The position numbers and the translations under genes are program-made. Under the pieces are notes generated by a model. The model had not been told where the DNA came from. It searched no databases and worked only from the letters and a program-made list of their open reading frames with translations. From positions 3,579 to 67,578 of the IMG/VR virus record IMGVR_UViG_3300009158_000048: a stretch of DNA of 64,000 bases. One strand, written 5' to 3'. The stretch's first letter is position 1, and each line of letters opens with the position of its first letter. This document shows positions 52,205-61,200 of this stretch, one piece after another. The DNA comes from a virus.

Positions 52205-55200
52205 ATGATCAGTTGTCCAATTACTCAACTACCACTTGAAAATTTTTACAAGTATGTATTCCGTGCTATCAAAGATAAGCTAGGGAATGATAAGACCTTT
52301 GATGTAAATGATTTCATGGAGAAGTTGTTTGAGGAATCAGTTAAAAATGGTGATCCTGAAACTGCAGCCAAATGGTTGCAAAGTACTCCGCGTGTTATAA
52401 ATTTAATTATTACTAAATCATTCAGTGATAAAATTCCTTTAGTAAAAGGTTTAGATAGCATCTATGGATTAATGGCTGACTTCTCAAAAGCAAATGGTGA
52501 AGGATTTCAGAATGTACTTAAAAAATATTCAAAGCCTGTTGATGTAAAAAATGTTAAAGAAGCAGCAGCTCATCAGTTAACACTTGAATTTTCTGATGAA
52601 GAAGAGGAGGGTCCAGAAGATGAGAAAAAAGAAACAAATTCAAGAGTTGAAGCTAGACTTAAAACTCCTGTAGTTATGTCAGGTACTCTTCAATCTTTTA
52701 TACCTGTAACACCAGATAAAAAATCTGATACTTATGTAGAAAGACTTGATAAACCCAGAGCTAGAATTCTTACTAATCTTGCAATTTTAGGTGATGCCTT
52801 AAGTATGCATGATACTTTTTCCGGAGACTTCACATATCAGGGAAAGAAAGTAAAAGTTAAAGCAACTAACATGTATGCTTTTTCTCAACAGAACTTTAAT
52901 GATTTAGATCCTACAACCCAAAAAGAAATTAAGGATTCAAATTTCTTTACTACTACAGGAAGAAACCAATCAGGAGTTACTCAAGCAGATAAAAGAGTAA
53001 TGCTTGTTATAACAGATCAGGCTGGAGAGAATCTTTATTTTGATCAGGAAGGAAACATTACTACAAAAGGTAATGGATCTCTAGTGTATCAATTCATGAG
53101 AGATGTTAGACAAACTGCAAAAGGTTATACAGTAACTGATATCTACGGAAAAGAAGAACAGTTGATGCCCATTGATGAATATGCTCAAATGACATATGAC
53201 TCAGCAGTTGATGGAGACTTTGCTACATATCTTGAGAAAGTAAAAGATGATAGAGAAAAAGAATTAAAAAAATTATTTGAGATAAGAGAGAAGTCTTTAG
53301 GTAATGATATGATGTTGGACTTCTCAGGTATTAGTACCGGAGTTACTTCAGATCTCACGGCAACCAAGCTACCCCTATCAGACTTCCTAAAGATACCAGG
53401 AGCAACAAAGAAAAGTCTTAAGAATATCCGTACTCTAAAGAAAGCAGAAGGTAACTTTAAAAAAGGTAGAGCAGTAATCAATTTAAATGGTACAGACTTC
53501 CAAGTAAATAGATCTTCTATGCCAGACAGTGTAGCTGATCAAATTGCTGCAGTTATGTTTGATCCTACTATTCCTTTTGAAACTAAGAAAGATTTCTATT
53601 CTCAGTTCATTCCAGAAGATAGTGAGACAATGCTTGCATACACAATGCGTAAGCATGAGATCATTCCTGATATGGCAAAACAAACATTCAGGATTAAGCT
53701 ATATGATACAGTTGGTGATAAGGAGGGATTTGTTACTGAACCTATTTTTGACTTTGTTATTTCTAAATCTTCACTAGATAAAGCTAGTAAGGAAAAATTA
53801 GAGGCTGGTATTAAAACTTTTAGTGATACTTTAAAGGAAGGTAGAGCAAATAATAAGGCTACTTACATGTCATACAAGTCTGACTTGTTGAATGATGAAG
53901 AATACTTAACCTATAATAGCAATACAAAACAAATTGAAGTTGCAAACTATATTGATTTCTTAACTACGCTTGATGGTTATGTTGATTTATTTGACGGTGA
54001 TCCTGGTTTTTATAACAAACACTTGTTGTTTAATGAAGAGACTAAAGTGGATAAAGAAATTAAGAAAGCAAATACGGCAGCAACATTAACATTTGAAGAG
54101 GAGATTGAAGAAGCACGTAGGTATGCAGAAGAACAAAGAGCATTAGAGAATGCTAATAAATCTCCAATAGAAATTGAGGCACAAATTCTTGCTGACCGTG
54201 CTATTAATCCTGAGTATAGAGCTCAGTTAGCACTACAGGGCACAGAAGGTAAGTATGATAGTTTCTATTATGCTGCAAGTCTTATTGGAGCAATCAACAA
54301 TAACCGTGATCAAAGATATACTAGAGAAACTGCTGAACAGTTAAGAGATGTGTTTGTTGGTGCAAACTATATAAGTGGCAAACAAATCAATACAATTAAT
54401 GATACTATTGATAGAATCTTTCCTAAACCTAATGCAGATTTACAAAGAGATGTAGAGATAATTCAAAAGACTATTGAGCCTGAGATGCCAGATCCAACAA
54501 CAGTAAATCCAATTGTTAAAAAAGGAAGCTTACGTTCTAGAGGGCCTAAGAATGATACTCTAAACCGTGCAGGATATATTGCTGATGAAATTGGTGAAGA
54601 AGATACAGCTAAAGTACTTGACTTTTGGGATAATACTAAACTTGGTAAAGAACTTCAAAAGCATATTGAATTACAACATGCTTATAATATCGCTAACTCA
54701 GATGTATTTGCAAGATTTGTAGTTACAGGAGCAACACTGAATAACCCAGATATTAAAGGTAAGATACAAATTAACAAAGGGATAGGTACACTAGTTGACA
54801 TTTATCATGAAGCATTCCATGCATTTACACAATTATATTTAACCCGTGAAGAAAAGTATAATCTTTATGATGAGGTAATTAATTATAAAGATGCAAGTGG
54901 TAAACAACCCTATAAGTCTATGAACTATAAGGAAGTTGATGAACTACTTGCTGAAGACTTCAGAACTTACATGAAGAGCAATTACATTAAGAAAGGCTCT
55001 CCTGTAAGAAATAAATTATTTAGAAAAATCTTAAACTTCCTTAGAGCATTGTTTGGTAAAACAGCAATTAATCCTACTGAAGTTATCACAGATGTAATGA
55101 ATGTTCCAGCTGTAAGAGAAATGTTTGAAAAATTAAACTACTCTTCTAACAAGAAATCATTACTAAGATCATATAAGGCCAACATGGATAATGTTGACTT

Positions 55201-58200
55201 TATGGTATTAAACCGTGGTATTAGTAAATTAAATAGACCAAGTGACAGTGCACTTAGTGATCAAGATTCAAGATTAGTATCTGACACAATGGATATGGTC
55301 ATGTCTGATTTTGTTGATGATTGGTATAGAGAACGCTTAGAGGAAGCAGAAGAAACCGGTAACTATAATAGTTTAAAGTCTGGAACAATAGGTTTACTTA
55401 TAGATCCTGAACACCGTGCATTTATGTATGAGGTGATCAAAGAAAGACTAGAAGATAAACTAAAAGAGTTCAAAGAACAATTACATTCTGAACCAGGTAT
55501 AACTCCATTTAGTAAAATTGAAAAGCTTAAATCTGATGATGAAAATGAAAAAACAATTGAGTCAGAAGCAGTAGCTGTATTAAGATCTGCAAAAGGAGAA
55601 GACAAGTATGTATTCCTTAAGTCACAGATTGATGGCTTTGATAAGCTTGATGCCAACATGCGTAAAGGTACTAGAGTTAAAGGTGAGTCTTGGCATGGAA
55701 TTAAAATAGTTGGTGATTTCTATTCACACAAGTCTATTAAGAATCAGAAAAAGCCGGTAGGGATAATTGTGGTTTCTAGTTTAGAGGATGCTCAGGTTCA
55801 GTTTAACAATTATGTTGCTGGAGGAGCTGAGGAATATACCAGCTTTGAACAAAAGGATGTTCCTGACTATATGTTATCTGCAGAACAAGAATTTACTTTA
55901 GACAATGTAAGAATTCTTCAAGCAGCAGTAGATAACTTTGGAGATCCACAATGGGACTTAAAGGGTATTGATCCAATAGGAACCATAGCATATCATTTAG
56001 AAAACTCAGACTTTGATTTATCAAAGAAAAAGTATGAGCTTGATATGGTTGAAATGGATGAAAATGGTGATGAGATTGATGAAGATGTAGAAAATCAAAC
56101 TCATGATTCTGAAACATCTTATGGTAGTGAAGCCGCTAGTAAAAAGTCTTTACTGCAGTTAGCTGATAAAGAAGTTGTTTACATACTTAAAAGTTTACAT
56201 AAAGTTGACCGTAATGGTGAAGTATCATACAATAGACTTGGTTTTAAAGAACGTGCTGACTTCAGAAAGGTTTGGAATATTGTAACTAAAGCAATTGGTG
56301 GTGTAAGAGATAGAGTTAAAGTATATGAAATATTACAAGCGGAAGCAAAAAACTTTCCTGAAATAGCTCAACTTATTGAAACTAAATTTCCTGACCCAAG
56401 ATTGATTACTAATACATTTGAACAAGATGTGAGTACTTCATTCTGGCAAACTTTTGCAAAACCGTCAGTTAAGTTTTGGCAGTTTACAGTGTTTCCACAA
56501 TATGAAGCAAGTATAAATTTCATTACAGGACAAGTAGAAGATGTTCTTTCTGGATTTGAAGCTGATGTAACTCAATCTTCTATTGAAGTTGATAGCACTA
56601 TTAGAAAGTTTGAATCTTTATTTAAAGGTAGTATTGCTAATGATTATATAGAAAAGAATTCAGATAATCAATCTGTATTAAAACTTAATAATGTAATTAC
56701 AGCATTTGAGAATAAGAAACATTCAGGCCAATTAGATCCCGCTAAAGCATATGAATTTGCTGCAGCATTAGGAATGAAGCTTGATAGTTTGCCTGTGATC
56801 AAAAAGAACATGCAAGAAAGAGCAGAGTATTTTGGATTGCCTTATATCTATGACATTGTAAAAGATTTTGCAGATATTCAAAAATCAGATAAGTCTACCC
56901 CGGAACAAATAGAGTACTTAAATAAATTTATTAGTAATCCAATTGCTACCCTAAGAGGTGAAATACCAAAAGGAATTTTAAAAAGCTTTAAAAGAGAAGT
57001 TGCAGAAAAGAACATACTTAAAAGAATTGCTGAATTGCAATCTCAATATGGATATGATTCTGCTAATCCTGGAATTTTATTGCCTGATGGTAACAGAGTA
57101 TTTGAAAATGTAAATCATAGTCAAGTTACAGTTACTGTGGATGCAATAAACAATGTTGAAAATCTTAGTGACTTCTGGACTAACCCTGAATTAGGTTATA
57201 TGTCTCATTTGAAACCAGGTAAATCATTCTTTACTTTAAGATCTAAAGTCTTAGGAGCAATGTTTGATACTGCACAAGGTACTTTTGATGCAAAAGGTAA
57301 TAGATTCTTAGAGCTCATTCAAACTGCAGGAACACAAATTGCAGATGTTGAAGGAATAAATACATCTGACTTAGATAAATTAGGTAAGTTCTTCCAAGAA
57401 TTCCACACTATGAGTTTAGGTGGAGTTGCAGAATTTATCCGCCATGCAGAAAAGAAATCTGCATTTGGTATTAAGATGGTTGGTGGTAAAATGAAAGTGG
57501 TTGTTAACGGCATTACAAATGGTGTTGACCAAAACTTATATATTGATATTAGTAAGTTTGTAGCTAAACCAGGTGAACAAATTAGTGATGGAGAAATAGT
57601 TGCCGTAGGTGGTTATTTCCTTGACTATATTGCTGCTGAGTTTGATAGAATCAGATACTTTAAACAAAATCCGCAAGATTTAATAAATATTATAGGTTAT
57701 AATAGAGAGATTAAAGATGATGATGGTAAAGTAATAGGAAGAGCGGGAGAATTTTTCAGTGCTTTTGATAATATCTTAAGAGACAGTACAAAGAAAAAAT
57801 TATATAAACTTGCATCTGACCCTTTAATAGACTTACCTACCCATATCAGGAATGACCAAGGGTTATACCTTGATGTACAAAAAGATATTTCTGACTACTT
57901 CCAAGAGAAGACTGAGTCAATGAATGATGAGTTCTTCAGTAAACTGCCATACATAGACAATAAAGTTTATGAGAAAGCAGGTATTGTAATGGATAAATCT
58001 GGTAAGTATGATGATGCACAAAAGGCAGTTCTTAAAGCTTACTTATTTAATGACTGGATTCACAAGTTTGAAATGTTTAACCTTTTCAACGGTGACTTAT
58101 CTCAGTTCAATCATGACAAACAACAAGCAAGTAAACGTGCTCCTGGTTCTACATCAGATGGTGATGGATTTGTCAATGATAAATACATGCATGAATTTAT

Positions 58201-61200
58201 AAACAAAGTTTTTAACAAAAATACTTATGCTAAGAAACTAGCAAAAGAACTTGATCTTGACTTAGATAAATTTGTCATGTCAGGTACATTAAATACCGGT
58301 GTCATTGCAGATGCAGAAAGAAAGTCAGTATATTTAGATAACATGTTAGGAGGATGGGAAGAAAAATACCGTGCTGCTTTAACTCCTTTATATAAAGATA
58401 AAACTGCATTAAAGAATGAAATAGATAGAAGACTTGCAAAAGATGCTAAGGCTTATAAGGAAATGAAGGAATCTGATGGTGCTGCATTTATGACTTTTGA
58501 TGCTTACCGGACTCTTAGAAAAATGGGTAAGAGTTGGAGTATTCCACAAGAGGCCCTATATCAACAGATTGTTGAAGGAAAAGAAGTAGACCCTTTAAAA
58601 GTAAAAGAATTCTTTTCTATTTACAAACTTCATTACTATGGTTCTATTGCTAATGCTCCAATTGCTACAACAGGAATGCATAAGTTTGCCGTAGCTCCAA
58701 TTATTCCTACCATTGCAGTAAAAGGTACTGAACTTTATAATCTACATGTAAAAATGTTGAATGAAAATCTTCAGTATGTAACATTTGGTTCAGGTTCTAA
58801 AGTAGCTGCACTTACAACTAATGGAGAATTTGATAATATTTTTGGTGATGAAACACAAAAAACAGTTTCTGCAGATGCGCCAATTAAAAAAAATGTAATT
58901 CATATAGAGTATCTTAAAGATGTAACTAAAGTTGCTACCAAGCTTAAAAAAGAAATCAGCTATCCTACTCAGAAACGTGTGTTATTGTTAGATGGTCTTT
59001 TCAATGTTGGAGAAATTATTAATGAAGCAAATGCTGATATAGCTAATGAATATAAAGCATCTGTTGAAGATTATACTGAAACTTTAGCTCTTGAGTTATT
59101 AAACAAGATTGGTTATGAGTATGATCCTGCAACAGAAAAGTATGTAGGAAAGTTAGATAAGTTTATTGAACTTATCAGAGATGAATTAGGAGCTAAAGAA
59201 GTTCCTGAACATTTAATTAAACTTCTTGATACTACACTAAGTGACCAGTTATCTATGGACTTTTCAATTCACCCAGAGGCTGATACACTTGAGAAGATTA
59301 TTGTAAATAGAATTCAAAAAAGTGTTGTAAAACAGAAGACAAAGGGAGAAGCAATGGTTCAAGCGCCATCCACGTTCTATAACGGTGTGTGGGACAGTGC
59401 CTTCCAAAGAGATGAAGCTATTTTAAAAAATGATGAGTTAATTAGAAAATACCTTGGTTCTAACAATTTACCTTTTTATGATACATCATTTGATAAAGAT
59501 GGTAATAGATTAGCTACTTCAGCAATGAAAGTTGCAATACCAATGAATGGTGACTTCTTACATATACTTAAGTTAAAACATCCTGATGGAGAGCTAATTG
59601 GAACTACTGACCGTTTGAATGATCTTATTAAAAATGATGCTTGGTTAGATGAGAATAGAGAGCTTGTTACTATTGTTGGGCCAAGAATCCCAACAGATGC
59701 TGCTAACTCTATGGAGTTTGCTGAAGTATGGCATTTCTTAGATGCATCTGCAGGTAACACAGTAATTGTACCAACAGAGATAGTTGCAAAAGCTGGATCT
59801 GACTTTGACGTTGATAAGATATTCTTTATGTTACCAAACATAACTTCTGATGGTACTTTAGTTAAAGCACCTGCAGAAAGTTTAGAAGAACTTACCAAGA
59901 TGGTAAAAGAAGCTAATGGTATGAGTAAGAAAGAAAGAATAGAAAAAGGAATAAAAAATCCACAGGCTCTTATTGATCAGTATAAAAAAGCTGCACAAAA
60001 CAAGTTAATCAAAAATACCCGGTCAATACTCTCCCTACCAGATAACTACGCAAGTTTAACTAAACCTAACAATACATATCTTGTAGAAGATGAAGTAGAG
60101 TTCTATGATAAAAACTCTTCAGGATACAACAATAAAAAGAATGCACACGGAGAAACAGTAAGAAAGAATGACGGTAAAGAAGTTATGAGTCCATCAAGAG
60201 CTTTGGATAATGACTATAATTTAAGTCAACATGAGGCTATGCTATCCGGTAACTTACCACTTGGTATTATGGCCAAGAAAAATAAAGTGCATGCATTATT
60301 CAAAAGTGTAGGAGCCCTGATGCCAGCATCATATAATGCAACTATATGGAATGATGAAACTAAAAAATATGATGAGATTCCTGCTAAATATGATGTAGTA
60401 ATCCGTATGAAAACTAATAAAACTACTAATACAAAAGGTCAACAAGTTGTTTCTTTATCTAATGAAAACAATGTAGATGGTGAAAAGATTGGAGATATTT
60501 TTTCTCATGGTCTACAAGGTATTCTTGACCGTGCTAATAATCCTTTCCCTTTTAAATTACAAATTGTAAAAGAAGCCTTAAGTACAATTAACCATCTTAT
60601 TGAAGCTGGTGTAAGTGTACCAGAAGTATTTGCTTTTATAAATAATCCATGGATTGTAGAATACATTAAGAAACAAATGTATTATGGAGGCTCTATGGCT
60701 AAACTACAAGATGAACCAGTTCTTAAACACCAGGTAAAATCTAAAGCTCTTAGGGAAACTATTAATGACATGATTGCTCAAGGGGGCACAGACATGGAGA
60801 AGACTGTCAAACAACTGGCTAGTTATGCAAATGACCGTAGAATGGGTGATATTGCAGACATGCTTAAGAAGGAAGATAAAAAGAAAGTATACCTCTTTAC
60901 AATAAGAGATAAAGATGGTAAAGAAAGTATTGGTAGAGCAACTGGAAATACATTATTTCATAAAGCTTTTCAATTAGATCAAATTGTTGAATTAAAAGAG
61001 TTTAAAGAAAACACTGTATATGAAATGCAGAAAACTTTATTCAAAAGATCTTCAGGTATTGCAAATAATGATAACTTCTACTATGCTGCAGAAGCTGCAT
61101 GGAGAAGAGCATTTGGTGGTCCGTTTGATACTAATAAAGATGAATTACAATCTTTAGTAAAAGAGGGGCTTAATCCTAGCATAAAAAACTTAGCCATCTT